Below are positions 18,856 through 30,400 of a stretch of DNA of 64,000 nucleotides, in pieces. The translations under genes were made by a program, and so were the position numbers. Position 1 is the first letter of the stretch. Every line of letters starts with the position of its first letter. The notes under the pieces were generated by a model. It had not been told where the DNA came from. It made no database searches and saw only the letters and a list, made by a program, of their open reading frames with translations. Origin of the DNA: Rubripirellula sp. (lineage in GTDB: Bacteria; Planctomycetota; Planctomycetia; Pirellulales; Pirellulaceae); the NCBI GenBank assembly GCA_965216875.1, contig OZ244207.1, forward strand, positions 256,001 through 320,000. The letters run 5' to 3'.

Positions 18856-19997
18856 TCAAGAGGCTCCTGACCTTCTTGTACTGCGTCGATCGGTCCGAGC
18901 AGCGACCCTTCGAAGACTTTGAATGAGCCATCGGTGACAACCAAGTCGTCCAGCGACAATCCACCCACAACGCGAGCCATCGTTCCATCGCTGCCGCCAA
19001 GTGCCACGCCCACCGCGGTTGCACGTAGTGATGTCGTGCCATCTTCATTCGGGCTCTCTTTGGCCAAAAAGACGGTGGTGCCCGAAGGGCCACGGCGAAT
19101 TGCCGTTTGTGGGACGAGAATCGCTTCGATCTGGGGACCAAATTCAACGGTGACGAGTACCGAGTCTCCTGGCACAAGCGTTTCGGGCGGCGAATCCAAA
19201 CGGGCTCGCACCGTCAACGAACGCGAGACCGCATCGGCACGCGAGTCCATCGCGACGACGCTTGCTGACAGGGGCGCCGAATACGAGTTTGGACGCATCA
19301 CCACGGAATCGCCCACGGCAATTTGATCCGCGATATGACCAGGGACTGCGAAATCAACGTTGAGGTAGTCGGCAACGCCTTCAAGTGAAACGATGTCAGT
19401 GCCAGCAGCCAGGTATTGACCGGGGTGCAAATCGAACAATCCAACCCGGGCGTCAAACTGAGCCCGAATCCGTTTGCGATCGATCATCACTTGAAGTCGT
19501 TCGACTTCCGCCGCCGCTCGTTCGGCGTCGGCGAGCGCGATGTCCAGCTCTTGGACACTTGTTGCTTTGGCCAGTTGCAAACGTTCGGCTCGGGCTAGAA
19601 GTGTCTTGGCTTGTCGCTGCGTCGCCTGAGCTGATTTGAGTGCGGCACGCTCGAGACGATCGTCGATTTGGACCAGAAGGTCGCCCGCTTTGACTACGCC
19701 CCCGGGCGTCATCGCGACTTCGGTCACCACACCGGTTTCTTCATTCCTTAAGTCGACCGAGCGGTGTGCCATCGCGCTGCCAACCACCACGGTTGCTTTG
19801 CGAAACGAGGTCGTCCGCGGCTGAAAGAGATCGACGGTGACCGGCATTTCGGGCGGAGGTGGCGCGGCCATTGCCGCTTGAACCTGTTGGACCTTTGCCC
19901 AACCGATCGCAACGATCACGCCGCCAACGGCTGCCAGCAGACCGATCGACCCGCCGAGCGTGACCAATCGACTTCGCCACTTGCTTGGTAAAGACAT
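18852..19997 (-). CDS. RND efflux periplasmic adaptor (membrane fusion protein)
   Basis: N-terminal TM, VKAGDLLVQID, coiled hairpin, IRAQFDARVG, VPQTAI. 4-nt overlap with the RND gene. Confidence 0.93.
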   Translation of the reverse strand: MSLPSKWRSRLVTLGGSIGLLAAVGGVIVAIGWAKVQQVQAAMAAPPPPEMPVTVDLFQPRTTSFRKATVVVGSAMAHRSVDLRNEETGVVTEVAMTPGGVVKAGDLLVQIDDRLERAALKSAQATQRQAKTLLARAERLQLAKATSVQELDIALADAERAAAEVERLQVMIDRKRIRAQFDARVGLFDLHPGQYLAAGTDIVSLEGVADYLNVDFAVPGHIADQIAVGDSVVMRPNSYSAPLSASVVAMDSRADAVSRSLTVRARLDSPPETLVPGDSVLVTVEFGPQIEAILVPQTAIRRGPSGTTVFLAKESPNEDGTTSLRATAVGVALGGSDGTMARVVGGLSLDDLVVTDGSFKVFEGSLLGPIDAVQEGQEPLE

Positions 19998-19999
19998 GG

Positions 20000-20629
20000 C
20001 TAACGCGGGGCCCCCACTTTGTTGTTCTTCTTTGTTGCTCGTTTCACAGGTGCTTTCACAGATTTGTGCTTTTCAAGATCGGCGTCGATAAGGCGTCGCA
20101 GTTGCAGACGAATTTGCGTCGCACGCTTGGCAACGCGGTCGACCGGTAAGAGCGCCGCTTGCAGCCAAAGCCCGTCAACCGAGGTCATCACGAGATCGGT
20201 AACGTTCTGGGACAGTCCATCCCCCTTGAGTTCAAGCGAGAGCCTGCGGTAGTGGTCTTCGGCGTGAGCGGTCATTTGCCCCTGCATCAGAGCGATCATG
20301 ATCGCCGCAATCTCCTGGCTGCTTTCCGGTTTGCACATTGCCGGATCTTTCAGCATGAAGTCGACAAACGCCTTGGTCCGTTTGCCGCCCCCGCGTGAAA
20401 TCGGTTCGAGGTGCTCGGCAAGCTCGCCAAGGCATTCGTCGCTCGAACGCGTCACAAACGCATCAACGAGCGCCTCTTTGGATGGGTAGTGATGCATCAG
20501 CCCTCCCTTGCTGATTCCCGCGCGGCGACAGACCGAGGACAACGTCACTGCCGAAAGTCCCCCCTCAAGGATCAACTCCATGACGGCGAAGAAGATTTGG
20601 TCAACGGTAGGACTGGTGTCTTTAGTCAT
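20000..20629 (-). CDS. TetR/AcrR family transcriptional regulator
   Basis: HTH VTLSSVCRRAGISKGGLMHHYPSKEAL, C-terminal DGLWL. Confidence 0.95.
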   Translation of the reverse strand: MTKDTSPTVDQIFFAVMELILEGGLSAVTLSSVCRRAGISKGGLMHHYPSKEALVDAFVTRSSDECLGELAEHLEPISRGGGKRTKAFVDFMLKDPAMCKPESSQEIAAIMIALMQGQMTAHAEDHYRRLSLELKGDGLSQNVTDLVMTSVDGLWLQAALLPVDRVAKRATQIRLQLRRLIDADLEKHKSVKAPVKRATKKNNKVGAPR

Positions 20630-20635
20630 ACTGCC

Positions 20636-20664
20636 ACTCTACCGACCGACCGGTCGGTCGGCAA
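20636..20664 (-). promoter_or_regulatory. sigma70 promoter of tetR-MFP-RND overlapped by a perfect 20-bp palindromic operator
   Basis: Minus strand: TTGCCG-N17-TAGAGT-ggcagt-ATG. Palindrome CCGACCGACCGGTCGGTCGG at 20642-20661. Confidence 0.8.
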
Positions 20665-20924
20665 GCTGAATCGTCTCCCCTTTTCGGGATTCACGGTGCC
20701 CAGCACCGGCAAAGAAGCGGCTGGCCGCAGGAAGGTTCGCGGTTCATACGACGTCACGTGAAGCATCCCACATTGAACGGTTCGCATTCTCCTTTCACCT
20801 TTCGCGGCAACGAAGCAAACCGAAACGATTGGAGCTGGCGTGAAACTGAGTAACACTTTGGCGTGAGCGACGTTACAAAAGAGTGTCGCGTCTCCTTCAC
20901 GAAAACTTCAAATACAAACAAGCC

Positions 20925-21866
20925 ATGTCTGTGACGTTTTGCCGCTGTCTTGTGATCGGGGTGTTGGCAGCCACCACGACTTCCCTGACGCACGCCGATG
21001 AGGAATGGATTACCGATCCCGCTAAGCTGCTTGCTCATCTTCAGGCACGTGATGCCGCGTTCGACAACCGTTCATTGACCACCGACCGGATCTGGAGCGA
21101 GAAGGTCTCGCCGGCGGCGCACATCGCCGAAGCTCAATGGCAAGCCCGGCGGTTTGGCGGCGAGCCCATGCCCAAGCCGAAAGAGATTCCCGCAGATTTC
21201 GTGCAGCACCACCGCTTGCGGCAAATGTTAACGCTCCGCGGAGACGAAGTGACGCTTGAGAGACAGGGCGATTTGGAACCCAAGCCGCATCCTCAATACG
21301 TCGCGATCGACAACGTGGGGCATCGCTGGAGCAACGTTGGGGGCATCGTTCGATCGTACAGTCCCGAGACCAAGACCTTGCACCTCTCAGGACCAACGAA
21401 GCCGGAGAGCATGCTTTTGAGTTATCAAAAGATGATGGTGTGGTGTAGCGGTTTCGGTTTTACTCGAGGAATGAAGTCAATCGAATCAGCAAGAGTGGAT
21501 GGCGAAATGCTTGTCGTCAAAGCGAAGTCGCAGTTACTCGGTTACGACACGAGCGACGTTGAACTGCGCCTCGATCAAGACTACATCGTCCGCCAGGCCA
21601 ACATCTTCACCCCGGTCAAGATTGGTACTGGCGGCAACAAGTACGTCATCAAGACTCGGGGGACATTCGATCAACACGATGCACCGCCGGTTGCCAAACA
21701 TGGTTCTTACCAGCGGATTCTGGCGCCCGAAGGCAAGCCGGAACGCGTTTACACCGAATACGATTTCGAGTTTGCAATGCTCTCGAAAAAACTCACCGAC
21801 ACAGAGTACAAAGAACGCGCAGAGATCACCCCCGATGAAGATGCCCGCGTGCTGAACTTCCCCTAG
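20925..21866 (+). CDS. Hypothetical secreted protein
   Basis: Long ORF with a signal-peptide-like start (MSVTFCRCLVIGVLAATTTSLTHA). No recognisable motif. Confidence 0.7.
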   Translation: MSVTFCRCLVIGVLAATTTSLTHADEEWITDPAKLLAHLQARDAAFDNRSLTTDRIWSEKVSPAAHIAEAQWQARRFGGEPMPKPKEIPADFVQHHRLRQMLTLRGDEVTLERQGDLEPKPHPQYVAIDNVGHRWSNVGGIVRSYSPETKTLHLSGPTKPESMLLSYQKMMVWCSGFGFTRGMKSIESARVDGEMLVVKAKSQLLGYDTSDVELRLDQDYIVRQANIFTPVKIGTGGNKYVIKTRGTFDQHDAPPVAKHGSYQRILAPEGKPERVYTEYDFEFAMLSKKLTDTEYKERAEITPDEDARVLNFP

Positions 21867-21888
21867 GTCGGGTCGGGGCGGAAGCGGA

Positions 21889-21920
21889 TGAAGATTCCGG
21901 CTAAAGCCGGTACTACGAAC
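21889..21920. repeat. REP-like family B copy (right arm)
   Basis: tgaagattccggctaaagccggtactacgaac is identical to 8756-8787. It lies between convergent genes. Confidence 0.8.
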
Positions 21921-21932
21921 TCGCAATGACGA

Positions 21933-24900
21933 TCAGTCTTGAAGGCGTTCGAACAGATCGATCTCGGGAGCCTCGGCGGCGGGCCAAAGGATGAGTGTGC
22001 CATCCCTTCCGGCTGTCATGATCAGGCGATCATCGTGCGAGACATCGACTGCGGTCAGGCCGCGGGTATGTCGGCGCAACGAGATCAACTCGCGGCCTGA
22101 TTGGGGAATCTCCGTCGCATCGACGACCAGCAGATGTTGTTTGCCAACGACCAAATCCCAGAGCCGAGCGGACTTGTCTTCCGAGGCGGTGACCAAACGC
22201 AGTGGTTGATCACCACCACCCAGGAATGACACATCGGAAATCGGTGCGGCGTGCCCCCGGAATGTGATCGGCGACTCGGGATGTTCCAGATCCCAGACCT
22301 TGGCAAAATGATCCTCACCGCCAATAGCGATCATGTTGCCCGAGGGTGAAAATTGGCCGCATGTTGCAGCTATGTTTTTGCCAAAGGACGACTCAAAGGT
22401 GACCTTGGTGTTGTGCCGATTCCAGACAACGACTTGGCCTTCAGATCCGGTGGCCAACAGAGATTGGCCTGATGGTGAAAAGCAGACGCTTCGCACCGCT
22501 TGTTCGTTTTGCGTTTTGTATGGATGGATCGGTTGGAAAGCTTGTGACTTGGCGCTCCACAACCAGGTTCGCACGACGCCATCGTCGCCGCCACTGACAA
22601 ACAAGTAGTCACCGGATGCATCGGCAACGGGCGAAAACTGAACCGATCGCACGACGCCTCCATGCGGCGATTCCAGTTTTCCGACAGCTTTCCCTGTCGC
22701 CGCATCCCATATTTTGATCGCGCGACTTGCCGTCACGACATAGCGTCCGTCAAACGAGAATCCCGTTTGCGTGATCGCTGCGTGAGATCGATAGCTCTTG
22801 TTGAGCGCCGTTGTGGCGAGGTCCCAGCGAAAGGCTGATTCTCCGTTGAGCGTTACGATTTCCTGTCGTGATAGCGGCATCGCAATTTGAGCCGCATCGA
22901 GTTGGTCTGGGATCTTTGACGATTGAATCACGCGGCTCTGATCAACGCGATCGTCGAGTTGCCAAAGGGTGACGCTTGGTCCTTTTGCTGAATGGGAGCC
23001 GCTCGCCCCACTGCCTGAACGACTGATGGTCGCCAAACGATTGGAGTTTCCAAAACTCGCCGAGGTGATTCGTCCCTTCTGTTGCAATGGCGAATCGATG
23101 GATTCCAAGATACGCTGGCTGCCGTTTCGCAGGTTCCAAAGCGTCGCCTCACTTTCAATGCGATCGCGCGTGAGCGACTCACTTACGGTCAATGCCATCA
23201 CGCCATCGGCGGAAAGCGAGACGTGCGTGACGTATCCAGCGTGCGCTTGGTTTTGGAGTGGCTTGCCGGACTCAACGTCGATCTCAAAGAGTTGGCGTTT
23301 GTCGGAAGCGACCAACAGACGCGTGCCATCGGGCGTAAACGCAGCATCATTGATTCGGTCGCCACGCAGCACTTCGATCGGACCAACAAGCCGCTGCCCC
23401 GTTGCGGTGGACCAGATGTAGGCAACACCGTCACGGTCTCCCGTGAACATTAACGATTCGTCCGACGAGAGCGCGAGGGAGGTTACCGCCTGTTGGTGCG
23501 TTCCCAGGCGATGCTTGATCGTAGCCCGGCCTGACGAATCGATGGACCACAAGAATGCCTTGTGCTCGGTCGAGCTCGAACCGGTTAGCAGCAGTTCGCC
23601 CGACTTGGAAACCGCGATCGAATGGTTCAGCCCCGTACCGGGAACGCTGGCCAGCTGCACTCCGCGTCTGAGGTCCCAGACGCGAACGACGGCGTCGGAA
23701 CTGCCGATGAAGAGTCGTCCGTGGTGTTTGTCGATGGCCAAGGACATTCCAACAAAGGGGCTGCCTTCGCTCAATTCGTCGCTTTGCACCTGCGTTTCGC
23801 CGTCATCCAGAACTGCGATTTCGCGGAATGCCAACGTGTCGGGGTCGATCGCCATCAGTCGAGCCTTTTGGTCACGACTCGCGGAAACCACGCGACGTCC
23901 ATCGGGGCTAAATCGCGCCGACCAAACGGCATCGTCATGAGGGGAGGCAAGTCGAACGATGGGCTTCGAGATGATGGCGGCTTCGTTGTAGCTCGTCGAA
24001 ACCCAGGTTCGCAATGTTTCATCGGAGGCAGCGGAAAGGACGGTGACCTGTTCGCTGGGGTCATTGCCGAGAGCGACGATCGAAGCCGCCGAAATGGGGC
24101 CACCATGGCCTTGGAACGTCATTTTCAGGGACGCTGATCGGCTATCCCATAGCTTGAGTGTGTAGTCTTGAGAGCTCGAAAGGAGTGTGCCGTCAGCGGC
24201 GAGTTGCAATGACGTGATCACATCTTCGTGCGCGGTGGCCATCGTTGTGAAGTTGGAGTTGGCCGAAACGAATCGTCGATTGCTCGCTTCATCGCGAAGG
24301 ACAGCTACCTCGGCATCGTTTTCATCATCGGATCGAGGGCGTGTGGTTTCGCCGCTGACGCCGGCGACTGAATCTTCGATGGCCCGTTGGTAGTCGATGG
24401 GCAGCACTCGCCTTGGATTCCAAACAAGAATGTTCCCCGACGTGTCGCCAGATGCAGCGACTGACAGATCGGGGGCGAGCGCGACGGCCGTCACCGGAGC
24501 ATGATGACCAACGAAGTCGCCAACGCGTTCTGCCTCGAACTGTGCACCTTTGGGGTTCAAGTTCCACACAACGACCTTTCCGGTCGACTCATCAGCGGCG
24601 ACAGCGGCAACGACGATCGAACGCGAATTCGAATCGCTTGAGGTCGCCGCATTGACGCGTTGAACGGGAGCGATGTGCCATCCAACAGCAAGCGCATCGC
24701 CATCCTGGGTCCACAGTCGCATCGCGTGATCGTTCGACGCCGAAACGATGTAGCCAGCGACGAACTGCAAATCGTTAACACCGCTCGCTTTGTCCTCGTC
24801 AACAAACCAGCGTTTGGGTTGCTGTAACGATTCATCAAGAAGGATGATCTCGCCAGCTGATGTGCCGATCGCAACATGCCCGCGATCAGAGATCGTGGCA

Positions 24901-27461
24901 CAGGTTGCCGGCGATGGTAGTTCGATCGGCGTGACTTTCTGAAGTTCGCCAGAGGGCGAAACTTGAGTGATAAAGACTTGCCCATCATCAAGCGTGACGA
25001 CCGCGCGCCGAAGCACTTGGGACATCGAAAGATCGACAGGTTGGTTGGGAAGGTTCTGGACCGATTCCGCTTGGCTGGCCTGCGTCCACAGCCATTTCCA
25101 CTCCCAGCCGACGCGTTGGCCATCGGCTTCGACTTGAGCTCGAATGTCAGTAAGGATCTTGCGTGCGTCGCTAAACTCACGCTGCTCGATGCGCGCCTTG
25201 GCCAAGCCGATCATCGAGACGACACGTTCATATTGAGCGGCGTTACGTGCGCGGATCGCGACCTCTTGGCTCGCTTCGGCTTGCTGACGTCGTTTCTCTG
25301 CGACGTCGTACAAGTTGTCGGCTCGCATGCGCGCCTTCTCTTCCTGCTTACGTGCTTCAACAGCAACCTGCTGAGCCGTCTGAGCCTTTTCTTTAGCAAG
25401 CCGTTCCTCCGTTTCGGCCCGCCTCGCTTCACGCTCTGCAACCTTGGCGTCGTTGAGCGCTTTGACGGTCTCTTGGCGAGCCCGCTCCTCGGCTTGCAAG
25501 GCAAGCTGTTTTTCATCAAGGGCTCGTGTTCGTTCATCAAGTGCCTGTTTCGTTTGTGCGGTTGCGTTTTCCGCTTCGCCCCTTAACCGCGCTTCTTCCT
25601 GACGCGATTTCTCGATTCGATAGGTCGCGTAGGATCCACCGACCAAGATCACGGCTAGCATCGCGGCACTTGCGGCCACCAAGCCTCGAACAAGTTTCTT
25701 GCGGCGGTCACGCTGTCGAATCGAACTTCGTAGATCGCCGATCAATTCCAAGTGATTCGTGTTCGATTCATCGAGAAGTGATAGGCCAAGTTCATAGTCT
25801 CCCTTGTCCAGGGCGGTTTGCGCATAAGCCGTGCGCGTTTGCTCGAGCCCGGTGCGTGCTTCGTCGTTTCCATCCCACAGCCGAATCGCTTGCTCGAAGC
25901 CATGTGAGGCGCGTGCGAACTCTTCGTAGTCTTGGCCGCTGCGTCCTTGAGCGAGTTGGTCTTGCGCCGCGTTACACAAGTCGATACTTTGCGCATGGGC
26001 GCGGTACTGTCGGATGGCCGATTGGAAACTCGCGACATCGTCGTACCGATCTTCGGGTCGTGTCGCCATCGCCTTGAGTGCGATGTCCAGAAGCTCGCCT
26101 TCGTTTTCCGGGGCGACCGGTCGAATCTCGTTGGCCGCGACGGCTTTCAAACATTGACTGACATTGGGGGCCGAGTGTGGCGCGTGTCCAGTGATGATCG
26201 AATACAGCGTTGCACCCAACAGGTAGATGTCGCTTGCAGGACCAATTCTCGAAACAGGTCCGACGACCATTTCGGGCGCCATGAAAGCTGGCGAACCACC
26301 TAACCCTGTTGCTGGATAGATCGATTCGATCTTCTCGAACTCTTTCGTCGCGACGGCGAGGCCCCAGTCCATGACCATCACGACGCCAAAGTCGCCAAGC
26401 ATGATGTTTTCGGGTTTGATGTCGCGATGCACCACGCCGCGTGTGTGGGCAAACCCGACCGCATCCGATGCCTTGAGTAGGATCTCGAGGTTCTCGTCGA
26501 CCGATTTGTCATTGATGACTTTCGACCACGGAGTCCCGACGACCCGCTTCATGGAATAGAAGAGTGTGTTGTCGGCCGTGACTGCAATGTCATGGATGGG
26601 AACAATGTTGGGATGATCCAAGTCCCCCGTCACGACCGCTTCGGACAAGAATTGCTGTCGACGTTCTTGTTCGACCGCATCGAGTTTGCCACCTTGACGG
26701 AGCTTTTCTCGTTTCTTGTCACTTAGAGGTTTGATGACCTTTACGGCCAACAAGCGATCGAGCGAACCTTGCCGCGCGACGTAGACGTTGCCCATGCCAC
26801 CCTTGCCAAGCAATCGCACGAGCCGATAGTCGGACGGTTCAGCTGGATCGCTCTTGGGCGTGGCCACGCGTCGGCCACGGATCTGCAACTTCGTTTCTGT
26901 GAGTGAACGGTCAATCGCCGGCGGCAGAACGCTCGGGTCTTGTTTGCTGTCGCGAGACATCGACAGCGATCCCCAAAACGCAGCATCCTTTTCGGACATT
27001 TCTCGCGGGTTGATCGTTTCACCGATGTTGGCACTCTCGAGCATCGACGGTGTCTCGTGAGACGTGCGATGCCCGTCGGCGGTGGTGTCAATTTCAGTTG
27101 TTTCGCCGATCGGTTTTGGCAGCGGATTGCGATTCTGACTCACACGGACGCCTTGTTTCTCGTCGACCGTCTTGGCCGTTGGGTCGACTTCAAGGGTCGT
27201 CTGCAGTTCATCCGCTTCATCGGATTCGGAGTGAAGTGAAACGGTTTCGTCGATCGCAGGATCGGTGTCTTCATTCTGAGAGTTCTCGAAGCTTTCCGCA
27301 GTATGCGTTTCTTCGAGTTCGGGCAAGATGGTCGAGTGATCCGAATCGGCCGGGTCATCTCCTTTTACCGGTTCCGGTTTGTTGGGATCCTCGTCTCCAC
27401 GCGGCTCGTTGAGCGGTCGCTTGGAATCGTCGGATTCAGGTTGTGAGTTTTCGTTGGTCAT
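21933..27461 (-). CDS. Membrane Ser/Thr protein kinase with coiled coil and many WD40 repeats
   Basis: LLGKGGMGNVY, LAVK, HRDIKPEN, DWG, GSPAFMAPE, TM GLVAASAAMLAVILVGG, then GH...WD repeats. Start placed at ATG 27461. Confidence 0.93.
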   Translation of the reverse strand: MTNENSQPESDDSKRPLNEPRGDEDPNKPEPVKGDDPADSDHSTILPELEETHTAESFENSQNEDTDPAIDETVSLHSESDEADELQTTLEVDPTAKTVDEKQGVRVSQNRNPLPKPIGETTEIDTTADGHRTSHETPSMLESANIGETINPREMSEKDAAFWGSLSMSRDSKQDPSVLPPAIDRSLTETKLQIRGRRVATPKSDPAEPSDYRLVRLLGKGGMGNVYVARQGSLDRLLAVKVIKPLSDKKREKLRQGGKLDAVEQERRQQFLSEAVVTGDLDHPNIVPIHDIAVTADNTLFYSMKRVVGTPWSKVINDKSVDENLEILLKASDAVGFAHTRGVVHRDIKPENIMLGDFGVVMVMDWGLAVATKEFEKIESIYPATGLGGSPAFMAPEMVVGPVSRIGPASDIYLLGATLYSIITGHAPHSAPNVSQCLKAVAANEIRPVAPENEGELLDIALKAMATRPEDRYDDVASFQSAIRQYRAHAQSIDLCNAAQDQLAQGRSGQDYEEFARASHGFEQAIRLWDGNDEARTGLEQTRTAYAQTALDKGDYELGLSLLDESNTNHLELIGDLRSSIRQRDRRKKLVRGLVAASAAMLAVILVGGSYATYRIEKSRQEEARLRGEAENATAQTKQALDERTRALDEKQLALQAEERARQETVKALNDAKVAEREARRAETEERLAKEKAQTAQQVAVEARKQEEKARMRADNLYDVAEKRRQQAEASQEVAIRARNAAQYERVVSMIGLAKARIEQREFSDARKILTDIRAQVEADGQRVGWEWKWLWTQASQAESVQNLPNQPVDLSMSQVLRRAVVTLDDGQVFITQVSPSGELQKVTPIELPSPATCATISDRGHVAIGTSAGEIILLDESLQQPKRWFVDEDKASGVNDLQFVAGYIVSASNDHAMRLWTQDGDALAVGWHIAPVQRVNAATSSDSNSRSIVVAAVAADESTGKVVVWNLNPKGAQFEAERVGDFVGHHAPVTAVALAPDLSVAASGDTSGNILVWNPRRVLPIDYQRAIEDSVAGVSGETTRPRSDDENDAEVAVLRDEASNRRFVSANSNFTTMATAHEDVITSLQLAADGTLLSSSQDYTLKLWDSRSASLKMTFQGHGGPISAASIVALGNDPSEQVTVLSAASDETLRTWVSTSYNEAAIISKPIVRLASPHDDAVWSARFSPDGRRVVSASRDQKARLMAIDPDTLAFREIAVLDDGETQVQSDELSEGSPFVGMSLAIDKHHGRLFIGSSDAVVRVWDLRRGVQLASVPGTGLNHSIAVSKSGELLLTGSSSTEHKAFLWSIDSSGRATIKHRLGTHQQAVTSLALSSDESLMFTGDRDGVAYIWSTATGQRLVGPIEVLRGDRINDAAFTPDGTRLLVASDKRQLFEIDVESGKPLQNQAHAGYVTHVSLSADGVMALTVSESLTRDRIESEATLWNLRNGSQRILESIDSPLQQKGRITSASFGNSNRLATISRSGSGASGSHSAKGPSVTLWQLDDRVDQSRVIQSSKIPDQLDAAQIAMPLSRQEIVTLNGESAFRWDLATTALNKSYRSHAAITQTGFSFDGRYVVTASRAIKIWDAATGKAVGKLESPHGGVVRSVQFSPVADASGDYLFVSGGDDGVVRTWLWSAKSQAFQPIHPYKTQNEQAVRSVCFSPSGQSLLATGSEGQVVVWNRHNTKVTFESSFGKNIAATCGQFSPSGNMIAIGGEDHFAKVWDLEHPESPITFRGHAAPISDVSFLGGGDQPLRLVTASEDKSARLWDLVVGKQHLLVVDATEIPQSGRELISLRRHTRGLTAVDVSHDDRLIMTAGRDGTLILWPAAEAPEIDLFERLQD

Positions 27462-27483
27462 CGGATTTGGACTGCGTCGCAGC

Positions 27484-30400
27484 TTATTGGCGGTCTCGGC
27501 CGCGAGCAAAGCGGGCGGCCGCCGAAAAGGGGCGTTTGCGTTTGAGTTTCGTCACGGCAAACGGCAACAGGGCGGTCGTGGCGACCATCGCTGTTTGTCC
27601 ATCGCGCGTGGCATTGTCGTTGATCGGTCGAGGATGTTCGGGCAAGACTGGCGGTTGCCAATCTGCTGAGTCTTCGGAAGCGGCTTTGCCTGGCTCCGGG
27701 AGCGACGGGGCGGTCAGGTCCGTGGGAAGGTGCTCGAGTTTGAGTTCGCCTTCGTCCAGTCCATCACTCGGCGACGTTGGGACACCATCCCTCAGATCAA
27801 AACGAAAGATCGAACGTTCATTTCCGTCGCCCAAGACATACTCGATCTCATAGCGTCCATCGGGAAGCCCTGGTGTCCCCTCCTCAGGCGATCCCTTGAG
27901 CAGTCGTTGCAACTTATCGCCGGACAAGATGTCGTTGGGCAAACGTGTCGGCTCGGCAAGATCCTGTTCGGCATTGGGATCAGGTGAAAGGACACGAATA
28001 CGAAAGTACTCTTCGCGAGCTACCGTGGCTGACGATGCCGACTCGATCGATTCGCTTTGTGTGTCGGTCAGGGCCACGGAAGCCTCGGTCGTCACAAAGA
28101 ACTCTGGTTGTTCGACATCCGGGATCACATCACGAACCGGGAAGAATGCAACCGGAATCGAAAGGTTCGGAATGATGAACGAAGCTTCGCCGTTGAGATG
28201 AGTGAGGTTTCGGTTGGGATCGTGAAGGGTGGGGGCATCGTTGTCCGTAGACGAAACGACACGATTCTGTGGTTGGCCGATGGTCGCGGGGAAATCGCGT
28301 GGCGGCAAACTTTCCTCGGGAAGCGGTGGGAGCGTTTCGGTGGCACCAGCCTGCTGGACCGTCGACCCGAGAACGACAATCGATTCGTGATGCCGAACAG
28401 AAAACCGTACCTCGATGGGTTTCGTTTCGGATTCACGATCGTTGAACCGCGTAAACAGGATGTTGCTCTCGGTGTATTTGTGTTCGACGTTCAACAGCGG
28501 CGGTGCGTTACGCGTCCGCACTGGGGCCTGAACCACGCGCGTTTCCCCATCATCTGGATCGCTGCCAGGGCCTTCTACCAAAAGCGGAACGTCATAGGCT
28601 GCGTCGGCCGATAGACCATCAATCTGTTGGAAACGAAACGTTGGCGCTCCCCAGTCAATATTGACGGTCAAACCACGTTCACCTTCAGCACCGATGTCGA
28701 GCGTCAAGATGCCTGTCGCGTTGTTGACGTCGGCTTGCTCGAGAATGTTGGTGCGGACGGAACCAACATCAAAGAAGGCGGTCTCGGGATTGTCGTCGGC
28801 GTCTTTGTCAAAGTCGATCGTGTCGACCGGACGAGGTGCGAACTTTCTCGCGACCCCTTGATCGTCACCCGTGTTGATCTCAATGTTCTCGCCAAGCGTG
28901 ATCACCCCGGTATCGGGGGTTGTACCCGCCAGCAAGAAAACGGCTGCATTCTCGCGAGAGACAACATCGCGAATCTCTGTCGTGGTCTGTGGATTTTCGC
29001 CGGCCGACTCAACTTGGAAGGTCATGGGAGTGCGAACCGTTTGCTTTTCGGCAACAAGTTGCACCGCGTCGTCCAATCGGATCTCGGTGTCCGATTGGAA
29101 ATCGATCCGACCGTTGGTTCCCTGGGCAAGCACTTCGGGGTCAAGCTTGAGGTCGGGGCCTTCGTCACGGACGTCAAAATCGACGACGTGAATCAACCCC
29201 GTCGCGCGCACCACAACCTCGCCATTTTCGGTGTGAACAATGTCGTCGGTCATCGCGTCGGACGATGCGAGCCGCAGATCATCGACCTCGGTCAATCGCA
29301 AGTCGCCACGATGGGGACCTTCAACAATCGCGGTGACGTCATTGACGTTGATGGAAAGGTCGACCGCTTGCTGTTGGTCGGGCGTCAGGTTGGCCGAGAT
29401 GATTTCCAGGTCATCCGCCACGATCCGGTTTTGGTCGCCGAGATCCGTGTCGAACAGATCATCGGCTGAATGAAGATGCACGTCGGCGGAATTGGCTGCC
29501 ACGACTTGCCCGACAAACAAATCACTTTGGTCGCCGCGGGTCGTCAGGCGAACATCACGACTTGTCGTCCCAGCGATCGAATCATCAATGGCTGACAAGT
29601 TCTCGCTGACGACGTCGACGGCGGTGAGTGGCCCGCCGGCGTCGACCGTGATCGCACCATCCTGCGCGACGACAGATGCCAACGTCAGGGGCGCGGTGTC
29701 ACGAAGGCCCTCCTGTGTCAAACGCAGGTCGCCGGTCACGGCCATCAATGATTCGACGACCGTTGCACGCGTCGCTTCCAGAGCCAAGTCAATGCCACCA
29801 TCGGTTGTTACTGCTTCCAGTTCGGCCAACCCTCGCAGTTCCAGTCGGTTTGTATTGCCAATGCCAGCGTCTGCCAGCAACGAAAGCCGGCGACTTTGAA
29901 GATCAACCGTGTCATCGGCCGACGCATCGTTGATCGAATCGGCGATCAAACTGACATTTCCGTCGCCCGCATTGAACAATCCAATCGGCATCGCAATCCC
30001 GATCGAAGCGATGAAGACGTCGCCATTCGCATTCTCGGTGTTGGCACTTACCGATGATGTTGCCAAGATGTCAACGAAGTTAGTGTCCATTCCGATGGCG
30101 GATGCGACAAGCGAGACATCGCCAGCAAGAAGGTTTGGTAGATCTGTGCCGCTTGCATCAGCGATCGTCCGGCCAGCGGTGACCGATGCGTTTGCGTCGC
30201 CTGCGACAATGGCGCTATCAAAAAGGAAGACGTCGCCAGACGAACGGATGTCGACGTCGTTGCCTGAACTGTTGATGGATTGCACAATCAAGTCGCCCAC
30301 CGAATCGGTGATCGCGACCTCGCGTGCTTGCACCGACTCAATCAAACGAAATTCGTTTCCGACGTTTGAAAGATTGATGTCAGATTCGGTGATTGCGACG

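Noticed and set aside
28627..29469. 280-aa ORF on the + strand
   Set aside because: It is the antisense shadow of the giant LEPRxLL gene.
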